Virus record (IMG/VR): IMGVR_UViG_3300017565_000001
Span: 333,741 to 397,740 of that record
DNA from: a virus
Lineage: Duplodnaviria > Heunggongvirae > Uroviricota > Caudoviricetes
Strand: one strand, 5' to 3'
DNA: 64,000 bases
Part shown: in pieces, positions 1-8,443 of the stretch
Position numbering within the stretch: the first letter of the stretch is position 1
How the letters are laid out: each line of letters starts with the position of its first letter
The notes under the pieces: generated by a model
What the model saw: the letters and a program-made list of their open reading frames with translations, nothing else
Database searches by the model: none
Told to the model about the DNA's origin: nothing
Program-made: the position numbers and the translations under genes

Positions 1-70
1 TTGTGGCATTAAAAGAAGACATCATCGCAGTCACCCAGCAAATGCTCGAAGAAGTATTTGGTTCTTAATT

Positions 71-99
71 TAGACAAATCCTCCCAACCACCTTACAAT
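71..99 (+). promoter_or_regulatory. sigma70-like early promoter (TAGACA-17-TACAAT)
   Basis: TAGACA at 71-76 and TACAAT at 94-99 with exact 17-nt spacer, upstream of the AGGA-preceded ATG at 121. Confidence 0.65.
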
Positions 100-120
100 T
101 GGTGGAAAGGAGGATTTTCC

Positions 121-402
121 ATGCCTTACAATACGCCTGAATATCAAGCACAGGCAAAAATCATCACCAGGTTGAACGAAGAAATTCGTCAACTCAAAGA
201 ACGCATCATGGCACAACAAGATCGATACGATCGAGTATCAGATGCCGGCGAGTTCTACAAACAAATGCAAACACTCATTATCGCCAACCCAGTGCTACAA
301 GCAGCCTGGAGTGAGTTCATTGCGACTATGGTTTTGGTCTCCCCAGAAATGAAAAACTGGACTGTGCCGTCACTAGTAAAAAGTGAATCGTTCTATGTTT
401 GA
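121..402 (+). CDS. hypothetical protein (coiled-coil N-terminus), paralog-like to next gene
   Basis: ORF 58..402; ATG at 121 has an AGGAGGA Shine-Dalgarno; overlaps next ORF in an operon. Confidence 0.7.
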   Translation: MPYNTPEYQAQAKIITRLNEEIRQLKERIMAQQDRYDRVSDAGEFYKQMQTLIIANPVLQAAWSEFIATMVLVSPEMKNWTVPSLVKSESFYV

Positions 403-739
403 ACCAATTATTCCAATAGAAGAAGTGGACGCTAGATTAGCATTATGCAAAGACGTCTTTGAGCGATTTGAAATCCTCAATGAATACAGTTCAATGTTGC
501 AAGTAATCTCAGCTGATTACCATAACGCTGTTGGTCGGTATGCATATATGGAACTGCAAGTGAAAAACGCGGAACAGTTCAAGGTTAAGGCCGCGCTATA
601 TGATACCATGATGGAAGTTTTCAATAAACACCCAGAACTGGTTGATGACTGGCATGCTCTTTTGGTGAAAGCAAAGCTAGTCAATTCTGACATCGAAGCC
701 GATTTGAATGATATCGGCAAATATCTTTACAAAATATGA
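395..739 (+). CDS. hypothetical protein
   Basis: ORF 383..739, likely ATG at 395; stop overlaps the DHFR start. Confidence 0.7.
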   Translation: MFEPIIPIEEVDARLALCKDVFERFEILNEYSSMLQVISADYHNAVGRYAYMELQVKNAEQFKVKAALYDTMMEVFNKHPELVDDWHALLVKAKLVNSDIEADLNDIGKYLYKI

Positions 740-1251
740 AAATATCAATGATTGTAGCCGTGGCAGATAACAATGTCATCGGTATTAACAACGGCCTACC
801 TTGGCCCCATAACTCAGAAGACATGAAATGGTTCAAAGCCAACACGTCAGGAAAGGTCGTGGTAATGGGTTCAAGCACTTGGGACAGTTTGCCCTTCAAA
901 CCGCTACCAAAGCGCACCAACGTCGTTCTGACAAGTCGCAACAGTATCCAGGATGCAGACTTGACGCTTAGTGGTGAGCCTGAAGAGGTCATCGAATACT
1001 TGAAATCTACCTATGCCGATCTTGACGAGGTTGTGTTCATGGGTGGAGCAAAGGTATATAGTGACTTTCTGAAATACATGGACGTCATCTACCTGTCAAG
1101 GATTCGTGGTTCTTTTGAGGGTGATACATTCCTGGATGTTGACACCCTAATGAGCATACATAACAGTGAGACCGCAAAGTTTACCAAAACTTCAAGCCAC
1201 CATCTTGAAGGTGAATACGCGGTTGATTTTGAAATTTGGGAAAAACAATGA
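736..1251 (+). CDS. folA: dihydrofolate reductase (T4 frd-like)
   Basis: MIVAV..N.VIG....LPW, DMKWFK, VVMGSSTWDSLPFKPLPKRTNVVLT, MGGA, GDTF motifs. Confidence 0.95.
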   Translation: MKISMIVAVADNNVIGINNGLPWPHNSEDMKWFKANTSGKVVVMGSSTWDSLPFKPLPKRTNVVLTSRNSIQDADLTLSGEPEEVIEYLKSTYADLDEVVFMGGAKVYSDFLKYMDVIYLSRIRGSFEGDTFLDVDTLMSIHNSETAKFTKTSSHHLEGEYAVDFEIWEKQ

Positions 1252-2285
1252 AAGAATATTTGGATCTAATGGGTGAAGTTCTGCAGAACGGTGACCCTCG
1301 TTTGGATCGTACTGGTACTGGAACTCGTGCGGTATTTGGTCGTCGTATGGAGTTCGACCTGTCGAAAGGCTTCCCTGCTATGACCTCCAAGAAGCTGGCA
1401 TGGAAATCGGTTGTGTCAGAACTGTTGTGGTTTATGGAAGGTTCTGGCAATGAACGTCGTCTTGCAGAAATCATGCATGGTAAGGATTCACCCAAGGCTA
1501 CCATCTGGACTGGCAATGCTGAGGCTGATTATTGGAAGCCCAAGGCCAAGTTCATTGGTGACTTGGGTCGTGTTTACGGTGTTCAGTGGCGCTTCTGGCG
1601 CAAGCAACCCAATACGCTATGGGGCAAGATCAAGGCTATCTTCAACAAATATGAAACCGTTGATCAACTTCAACAGTTGGTTGATGGTTTGAAGAATGAT
1701 CCGTTTGGACGTCGTCATATTATCTCGGCTTGGAATCCTGGTGAGCTGGATCAAATGGCTCTCCCACCCTGCCACATGTTTGCACAATTCTTTGTGGAAC
1801 AATTGACGCCTGAAGAGATCCAAACTTCGTACCTTACTCTCCGGGAATCCATTCCATCATCAGAGCGTAAGGTTCGCATCGACACCGATGCAAGTGGCAA
1901 GTCGCGCAAGAACCGCACCAAGACATTGGCCGACCTGGAAGAGTTGGGTCTACCCACTCACAAGCTGTCATGCCAGATGTATCAACGTTCAGCTGACATG
2001 TTCTTGGGTGTTCCGTTCAATATTGCGTCGTATTCGCTCATGACGCACATGTTGGCACAAGTCTGTGGCTATGCAGTTGGCAACTTCATCCATATTCTGG
2101 GTGACACGCATATCTACGAGAATCACATCGAGCAAACGCAAGAACAGTTGACGCGCAAACCCTTGCCGTTGCCTACGTTGAAACTGAATCCCAATATCAC
2201 CAACATCCTGGACTTCACCATGGATGATATTGAATTGGTTGACTACCAACACCACGAGCCAATTAAGGCCAAGATGGCGGTTTGA
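1248..2285 (+). CDS. thyA: thymidylate synthase (T4 td-like)
   Basis: DRTGTGT, ELLWF, MALPPCH catalytic Cys, YQRSADMFLGVPFNIASY (Asn indicates dUMP specificity), HIYENH, C-terminal MAV; ATGA overlap with DHFR. Confidence 0.97.
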   Translation: MKEYLDLMGEVLQNGDPRLDRTGTGTRAVFGRRMEFDLSKGFPAMTSKKLAWKSVVSELLWFMEGSGNERRLAEIMHGKDSPKATIWTGNAEADYWKPKAKFIGDLGRVYGVQWRFWRKQPNTLWGKIKAIFNKYETVDQLQQLVDGLKNDPFGRRHIISAWNPGELDQMALPPCHMFAQFFVEQLTPEEIQTSYLTLRESIPSSERKVRIDTDASGKSRKNRTKTLADLEELGLPTHKLSCQMYQRSADMFLGVPFNIASYSLMTHMLAQVCGYAVGNFIHILGDTHIYENHIEQTQEQLTRKPLPLPTLKLNPNITNILDFTMDDIELVDYQHHEPIKAKMAV

Positions 2286-2288
2286 TGG

Positions 2289-2296
2289 TATAAATA
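2289..2296 (+). promoter_or_regulatory. T4-type late promoter TATAAATA
   Basis: Exact T4 late consensus immediately after the thyA stop; a gp55 gene is present in the window. Confidence 0.7.
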
Positions 2297-2324
2297 CTTG
2301 GGGAACATTGTTCCCCAAGTTTTC
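2296..2324 (+). terminator. intrinsic terminator-like hairpin after thyA
   Basis: Perfect 11-bp stem ACTTGGGGAAC/GTTCCCCAAGT followed by a short T run. Confidence 0.6.
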
Positions 2325-2442
2325 AATTTGCTCTACTGGAACAAATTGAACGAAGATGCGGCGAAGAGTCTCATCTTCTACCCCAATGGGGTTTAGGCTT
2401 GATGACTTCTCCAGTCGTCTTTTTTCGCAGGCGCAATGCCTG
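2322..2442 (+). ncRNA. putative structured RNA / attenuator leader upstream of tctA
   Basis: Five consecutive stem-loops (2322-2350, 2352-2378, 2380-2392, 2401-2419 followed by T6, 2428-2442) fill the region. Confidence 0.4.
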
Positions 2443-2448
2443 AATGTT

Positions 2449-3768
2449 ATGGAACTCACCCTAGCGACATTCCTGGGTATCGCCCTTGGAATAATTTCTG
2501 GCATATTGCCTGGCATCGGATCAGCCAGCATCATGCTTACCTTCTACATGATCCTGATCGCTTTTGATCCCTTGAATGCAATGGTCTGTTATCTGGCCCT
2601 TGTAATCAGTAGTCAATACGTGGCGAGTCTCACCGCAATTTACACCGGTATTCCCGGAGCCGAAAGTTCATTCCCTACAGCAAAAGAAAGCCATAATCTC
2701 ATCAGCATGGGATTGACGCAAACTGCCGTCGCTCAGAACGCTCTCGCGTCTGTAGTGGGCAATAGTGTGGGTATGGTTCTTTTGATCTTGTTCATCCCCC
2801 TCGCAACCAAGATCCTTGGGATCTTTGGAGCAGCCCTACAGCTGACGATCATCATGGCTTCAGTACTCGTTGTGATCCTCACTACTGAACGTCGCTTGGC
2901 TGCCCTTATATCAATTCTACTCGCTTTCTCACTTATGTATTTGGGGCCAAACGCGCACACCTTTCAAGTGATTGATCTGGGGATGAATTTTCTGAGTGGT
3001 GGCCTGTCATGGGTAGCACTCACAATGGGAGCCATTATCGGACATGCGATGAACTCCATGAAAGGATACCAGAAAGTACAAATCAACACCCAAGGGGTTA
3101 TGGGTTTCAACCTAGCCATGCAGTCACTCAAGAATAAATGGGGTGCGTTGATGCGTGGATCATTTGTGGGATTCTTCGTGGGTCTAGTTCCCGGCCTAAG
3201 CTATATCTTGAGTTCAACGGTTTGCTATCAAGTTGAACAAAAGATTGGACAATCCAAGAAACTCAATGATAAGGATCGAGTTCTCAGCAGTATCATGAGT
3301 TCAGATGCAGCGCATTGTTCAGGCACTCTTGCAATGCTTCTTCCCTTGTTGGCTTTTGGTGTGCCAATTACTGCGAGTGAGGGGGTGATTTATAACATCA
3401 TCACTCTGTCAACAACCACCAAAGATTTACTGGCAAGTATCTACGATAATTGGTTTGTCATCGCACTTGTCATATTATTCGTGAATATGATTTCCATGTT
3501 CACAGCATGGAAATTAGGTAGCAAACTCGTCTCAGTACTCATGTTGCCACGTATGTTCTTGATGTCTTTGATTCTGATCATCAGTCTCCTAGCAGTCATT
3601 TACATCGCTTCAATGACCGGCACAATTTGGCTGTCGGTGGCCACATTTGTCCTGATAGGACTTGTGTTCTTTGTAACACGGATGAACCCGCTACCGTTCA
3701 TCTTCGGAGTCCTTGTCTTTAACCTGTTGCAGTCACTCATAGTGAGTGTCAGCCAACTCTACTTTTGA
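2449..3768 (+). CDS. tctA: tripartite tricarboxylate transporter large permease, TctA family
   Basis: Very hydrophobic; GIISGILPGIG repeated as GFFVGLVPGLS, SQYVASLTAIYTGIPG..SS, LLPLLAFGVP are TctA hallmarks; the ORF is open from 2356 but 2449 is the likely start. Confidence 0.85.
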   Translation: MELTLATFLGIALGIISGILPGIGSASIMLTFYMILIAFDPLNAMVCYLALVISSQYVASLTAIYTGIPGAESSFPTAKESHNLISMGLTQTAVAQNALASVVGNSVGMVLLILFIPLATKILGIFGAALQLTIIMASVLVVILTTERRLAALISILLAFSLMYLGPNAHTFQVIDLGMNFLSGGLSWVALTMGAIIGHAMNSMKGYQKVQINTQGVMGFNLAMQSLKNKWGALMRGSFVGFFVGLVPGLSYILSSTVCYQVEQKIGQSKKLNDKDRVLSSIMSSDAAHCSGTLAMLLPLLAFGVPITASEGVIYNIITLSTTTKDLLASIYDNWFVIALVILFVNMISMFTAWKLGSKLVSVLMLPRMFLMSLILIISLLAVIYIASMTGTIWLSVATFVLIGLVFFVTRMNPLPFIFGVLVFNLLQSLIVSVSQLYF

Positions 3769-3772
3769 TTAT

Positions 3773-4657
3773 ATGAACATTTCTAAATTTTTCGCATCAG
3801 CTTTTGCTGCTCTGATTCTGTCGGCATCTGCCGTAGCTCAACCCACAGTAAACGTACTTCGTTTGGCTCCCCCAGGGGCCGGAACGGCAGCATGGGCGGA
3901 AGCTATTTCTCAAACACTGACTGAGAACGGCTATACGACCAATATTCTGGGTTTTAAGAATTGCCAAGAAGGTGCAAAGTGGCTGAAGGATAATCCCAAG
4001 GAGCCAGTCGTAGCGATGAACTTTAGCGACCCGTTCTTGTTGAATATCGCCGAACCGTCCAATCCTGCCGGTTGCGGGTTTCCAGTAAATGAACAGTCCC
4101 TAGTGGCCGTTGCTGGTAAGTGGTTCCACTTTATTTGTGGCCACGCAGATGCCGGTGGTCTGAAGGGTTTGCTGGCAAGTGATGGCGCAAAGGTTGGTTC
4201 TTGGAACAGCCCAGTACAAATGAAGATCGTTCAAGATCAATTGACTGATATTGGCGTTAAGAACTTCAAGGTCATCGGCTATGCGGCTGGTAAAGATCAA
4301 CTCCAGGCGTTCGTTTCTGGTGATACACAATACATCATCCTGAGTTCCGAATCGTTGGCTAAAGGTCTCCCAAATGCTGAATGTTTCGCAACTTCAGCAG
4401 AACCCGCCATCGCTGCCGGTATGAACCGCACGTCATATTCCGAACTGAATCCACAAGTACGTCACCAAGATAGCGGCCTTTGGCCCATCATTGTTGGCTA
4501 CAACGTTGATATGACGAAGGTTCGAGAAATCCTGGGTGCTTCTGGCAATCACGGCGTTCTGCAACAATCCCTCAGCAAGAATTATATCCCGGTGTTTGAT
4601 TCAATCGAAACTCAACTCCGTGATATCAATAAGCGAGCTCAAGGCATCAAACAATGA
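3773..4657 (+). CDS. tctC: periplasmic substrate-binding protein, divergent TctC/Bug family
   Basis: Signal peptide (FAALILSASAVA-Q), PPGAGT..A motif, GY.AG...LQAFVSGD motif, position right after tctA. Confidence 0.7.
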   Translation: MNISKFFASAFAALILSASAVAQPTVNVLRLAPPGAGTAAWAEAISQTLTENGYTTNILGFKNCQEGAKWLKDNPKEPVVAMNFSDPFLLNIAEPSNPAGCGFPVNEQSLVAVAGKWFHFICGHADAGGLKGLLASDGAKVGSWNSPVQMKIVQDQLTDIGVKNFKVIGYAAGKDQLQAFVSGDTQYIILSSESLAKGLPNAECFATSAEPAIAAGMNRTSYSELNPQVRHQDSGLWPIIVGYNVDMTKVREILGASGNHGVLQQSLSKNYIPVFDSIETQLRDINKRAQGIKQ

Positions 4658-5754
4658 AGCATTATTACCGCATCGGGGACGAAAAATACATCAACGCCAT
4701 TGAGGCGTGGAGTCGCATTCGTTCCTTACAGGCAGTCAATCAACTGACTACCTTCGAACTAGTTCTCGAAGCCGGTAAGCTTCAGCATTATGACTGGCAA
4801 CAATCCACCACGAAAACGATCGAAAGTCTAGAAGAAGAGTATGCGACTCGTATTCGTGGTGAATACCAATATGTGCGGTTGCTGTATAGCGGAGGGTCGG
4901 ACAGTTACTCAGTAGCTGACGCCTTCTTGCGGAGCGGTAACCCCATAGACGAATTCATTTTGTATGAATGGCAGACTATGGAAAATGTCTGCATTGACGC
5001 TGCCAACAATACCGCAATGAAGATCCGTTGGCTTAAGGATATGCATGCCAAATATGGTCTTGATTGCGGCAAGATCTCAGTCATAACAATAGACCAGAAA
5101 GTTCACGAACGCCACTTCCAAAAGGATTGGTTTCTGAAGTCTGCTGGTCATGCTGGAACTGAAAGCTTCAATGTCAACCACATGGCTGACATGATCGATT
5201 TGTGCCCTCTTCCACCTGGTGTTACCAACTATGTGGATTTGATGGGTTTTGAGAAACCACGATTGTTTGCTGATGACAATATGATTTGGTTTCAAATGAA
5301 CGACAAGAATACTATGTATGGCGCCAGGAAGCAGGAGGAACCTCACATTTGGTTCTATTTGTCCGGCGATGCTCCTGAGTTGATTCGAGCACAATGCCAA
5401 GGCGCTATCCGGGTAGCCAAGATGTTATTCCCCAGAATGCCTTTGAAGGATGCACTGCACAAATTGCAGAACGACAAGAATTACTACCACGAATGGTGTT
5501 ATTCAGTTGGGCGCCGCACAAGCAAGTTTCAGAATTCTTTCGTGTTGCTGGCAAAGAACGTCGGTCAATCAGCAAGTATGAACAATGGTCGATACCTTCA
5601 CATCGATCAATATGCTGGAGAACGGGCTTCTGCGTGGAAAGCATATGAAGAATACGTGGATGTAGTGAAGGATTTGGGCCAGGGTTCAATCGTACCTGGT
5701 ATCAAAACTCAGAAATTCGTATTGGAGAAGAACTATGTTCACAGTCATTGGTAA
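4654..5754 (+). CDS. PP-loop (adenine nucleotide alpha-hydrolase-like) protein
   Basis: LLYSGGSDS PP-loop motif, GFEKP motif; ATGA overlap with tctC. Confidence 0.65.
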   Translation: MKHYYRIGDEKYINAIEAWSRIRSLQAVNQLTTFELVLEAGKLQHYDWQQSTTKTIESLEEEYATRIRGEYQYVRLLYSGGSDSYSVADAFLRSGNPIDEFILYEWQTMENVCIDAANNTAMKIRWLKDMHAKYGLDCGKISVITIDQKVHERHFQKDWFLKSAGHAGTESFNVNHMADMIDLCPLPPGVTNYVDLMGFEKPRLFADDNMIWFQMNDKNTMYGARKQEEPHIWFYLSGDAPELIRAQCQGAIRVAKMLFPRMPLKDALHKLQNDKNYYHEWCYSVGRRTSKFQNSFVLLAKNVGQSASMNNGRYLHIDQYAGERASAWKAYEEYVDVVKDLGQGSIVPGIKTQKFVLEKNYVHSHW

Positions 5755-6412
5755 TATAAGAAACCTGCCATCTAGAGAAGAGCTTATGGCAGGAAGTGGA
5801 GGATTCACACCCAAAGAACAATTGGCAGCCGATCCCAAATTCGTGCCTCTTAGGTACAGTTCACAGCAACAGGCCCTAGACATAATTTCGTCTAAGACTG
5901 GTGCCGATACGAAGACTGCGAATTTTGCCAATGCTCCTGGATTTCAACGAGTTGGTTTGTCTGATGAAGTTGTCAATCGACTGGCTGAAATATTGAAGCT
6001 CACCAAACCTCAAGCTAGACTGCAAGTGTTGGAACCTGGCAATGTGACAATGATGCATCTGGATGATTTGGATCTGGGTTACATAAATCCCATTGAGGAA
6101 TCTCTAAAGACTATCACATTTACCGATCAGGAACGAGAGCAGTTTCGTGATGATGTGCGCTCAGCCACCAGGTATTTGATCATGTTGGAAGACTGGCAAT
6201 GGGGACAAGGAATGATGTTTCACGACAAAACGCTGACCGGTTGGAAAGCGGGTGACATCATTTATTGGGATTGGCCAACTGTCGCACATTCAACATTCAA
6301 TACTAGCTTTTGGCCTCGAGGTTTGATTCGCATTACTGGTCTTCAAACTGATGGTTCTAGAAAAATAAACGAATGGGCGCTAAACGGCGGCCGCATATTG
6401 GTTGAATATTAA
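5735..6412 (+). CDS. putative cupin / 2OG-Fe(II) oxygenase-like protein
   Basis: LEPG..TMMHLD (HxD) ... WKAGDII.WDW...HSTFN..R..I.ITG pattern typical of jelly-roll Fe(II) oxygenases. Confidence 0.55.
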   Translation: MFTVIGNIRNLPSREELMAGSGGFTPKEQLAADPKFVPLRYSSQQQALDIISSKTGADTKTANFANAPGFQRVGLSDEVVNRLAEILKLTKPQARLQVLEPGNVTMMHLDDLDLGYINPIEESLKTITFTDQEREQFRDDVRSATRYLIMLEDWQWGQGMMFHDKTLTGWKAGDIIYWDWPTVAHSTFNTSFWPRGLIRITGLQTDGSRKINEWALNGGRILVEY

Positions 6413-7389
6413 TGGCAAAAGTATTGGTGACTGGAAGCAGTGGGTTCATCGGGCACAATGTCGTGAATCAGTTAAATGGTCATACCGTATATGGTCTCGA
6501 CAACTGTGACTCATATGCTAGTCTTAATCAATTCGAACTCAACTCATTGATTTGTGAACGCATGGATTCCATACGTGATACTGGGGTTGATTTTCAAGAT
6601 CTGTATCAAGACATCAGGGAACCTTTTGAGGATGAGCACGGTCCACTTCTGGGGCATTTCAACATTCATCCTGAAATCGTTATTCACCTAGCCAGTTTTC
6701 CACGCCAATACGAAGTACAGTTGGCGCCAGCCCAAGCCAGTGCTACAATGGTGGGCGGCCTTTTGAATGTTTTAGAGGCGGTGAGACAAACGTGTAAGCG
6801 ATTTGTCTTTGTGAGTTCGAGCATGGTTTATGGTGACTTTCAAAACCTCACTACCGAAAGTCACCCTCTAAACCCCAATACTCTGTATGGTATCCTTAAG
6901 CAAACAGGTGAACAGATAGTGTGTGATTTCTGTTCCAAGAATGGCATCGAATATACCATCATCCGGCCCAGTGCCGTTTATGGTGAACGCGATGTTTCCA
7001 ATAGACTGGTTGGAAAGTTTTTGACAGCGGCTCGCCGTGGAGAAACCCTATTGGTCAAGGGCCCCGAGGAAGTGTTGGATTTCACCCATGTGAGTGATGT
7101 GGCTCGAGGTATGGTTTTGGCAGCGTTCTCACCAAACGCTGCCAATCGTGCCTACAATTTGACTAGATCAAGCGAAACTCCTCGAACCATTCAAGACGCC
7201 GCAAATCTTGCTGTATCTCTTATGGGAAACGGCAACATCCAGGTTCTAAATCGTGATGCTTCCTTCCCATCCAGAGGGACTTTATCTATTCAGCAAGCCA
7301 GGGATGACTTCGGATATAACCCAACCATTGACATCGAACAAGGTTTCGCACAATATGCAAAATGGATTTCTGGACGTTCCGTTCAATAA
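6412..7389 (+). CDS. NAD-dependent nucleotide-sugar epimerase/dehydratase
   Basis: VLVTGSSGFIG, HLAS, SSSMVYG, YGILK (YxxxK), RPSAVYG, DFTHVSD. Confidence 0.92.
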   Translation: MAKVLVTGSSGFIGHNVVNQLNGHTVYGLDNCDSYASLNQFELNSLICERMDSIRDTGVDFQDLYQDIREPFEDEHGPLLGHFNIHPEIVIHLASFPRQYEVQLAPAQASATMVGGLLNVLEAVRQTCKRFVFVSSSMVYGDFQNLTTESHPLNPNTLYGILKQTGEQIVCDFCSKNGIEYTIIRPSAVYGERDVSNRLVGKFLTAARRGETLLVKGPEEVLDFTHVSDVARGMVLAAFSPNAANRAYNLTRSSETPRTIQDAANLAVSLMGNGNIQVLNRDASFPSRGTLSIQQARDDFGYNPTIDIEQGFAQYAKWISGRSVQ

Positions 7390-8443
7390 CGTCAAGCTGC
7401 AGAATCAATCCGTAAAAGAGGAACTGATGGAAGCCATCAGTTCTGTTCTGGATTCAAATCAAGTGCTTGATGGTCCTCACAGAGAAGAACTTGAGGCAAA
7501 TATTGCTCAGATCACTGGACGTAAACACGCCATTGTCACCCATAGTGGCACTGCTGCACTCGGTATCATATCTAAGGCGTTTTATCAACCAAATCGATAT
7601 GTGGATTTGCCAGCAGTTTCGTTCATTGCCACCGCAAACGCTTTCAAGAATGATGGCTGGCGTCTTTCCTTCTACAACAATCTAAATGTGAGTGTCATAT
7701 CACAAGACGTGGCATTAATCGTTGGTGTTGGGCTATTTGGGAAACCTTGCTATATGTCCACCATGGGAGTTCCCTATGTGGAAGACGCCTGTCAAAGTTG
7801 GTTAGCATCACCCTGGATGCAACCGTATAGCTCCAGGCACACACAAGTCATAAGCTTCGATCCCACAAAAAATATAGCCGGGTTGGGTAATGGTGGCGCA
7901 ATAGCTACTGATGACGAAATATTGTCGAGGTTCGTCCGTAAGTACATCAATCACGGAAAAGGTCCTGATGGTTTCGGTATGGTTGGGATGAATCTAAGAA
8001 TGTCAGAACTGGAGTGCGCAACGCTGAATGTGAAGCTCAAACATATGGAAAGCTGGCAACAGAGGCGTAGAGCTATAGCCATGTTTTACTTGAATGAATT
8101 CGCAAATACGCCACAAGTTGAAACAGTTATGAAACACCAAGACATTTGGAATCACGGTCTACAGAAGTTCGTGATATCCGTTCCTGGTGAAGATCGTGAT
8201 GCGCTTGTTGCTTATTTGAGCAATCGTGGAATTGAATGCAAGATTCATTACGAGAAAACCATGTTTGAATATGGATTCTTGAATGACTTTGAAGATCATG
8301 ATGCTTATTATTTGCGTATTCACGACGAATTGAAAACAACAATGGCCGGATGGTTGAGTCTGCCGTTTTATCCCGAATTGACGGCAGACCAGATGCATCA
8401 TGTCGTCAACAGCGTTGACGCATACTTTTCAGAAAAGAATTGA
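7355..8443 (+). CDS. DegT/DnrJ/EryC1/StrS PLP-dependent sugar aminotransferase
   Basis: SGTAAL, SFIATANA, EDACQS, SFDPTKN..G.GNGGAI (catalytic Lys), N.RMSE, LSLPFYPEL. Confidence 0.92.
   Translation: MQNGFLDVPFNNVKLQNQSVKEELMEAISSVLDSNQVLDGPHREELEANIAQITGRKHAIVTHSGTAALGIISKAFYQPNRYVDLPAVSFIATANAFKNDGWRLSFYNNLNVSVISQDVALIVGVGLFGKPCYMSTMGVPYVEDACQSWLASPWMQPYSSRHTQVISFDPTKNIAGLGNGGAIATDDEILSRFVRKYINHGKGPDGFGMVGMNLRMSELECATLNVKLKHMESWQQRRRAIAMFYLNEFANTPQVETVMKHQDIWNHGLQKFVISVPGEDRDALVAYLSNRGIECKIHYEKTMFEYGFLNDFEDHDAYYLRIHDELKTTMAGWLSLPFYPELTADQMHHVVNSVDAYFSEKN

Noticed and set aside
1248-2285. Possible group I intron or intein in thymidylate synthase, or a dCMP hydroxymethylase identity
   Set aside because: The ORF is continuous, the insert lacks intein terminal motifs, and the PFN Asn indicates ordinary dUMP specificity
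2356-2448. N-terminal extension of TctA from ATG 2356
   Set aside because: The extension is not TctA-like, has no clear SD and overlaps the structured leader; 2449 is preferred, though not proven
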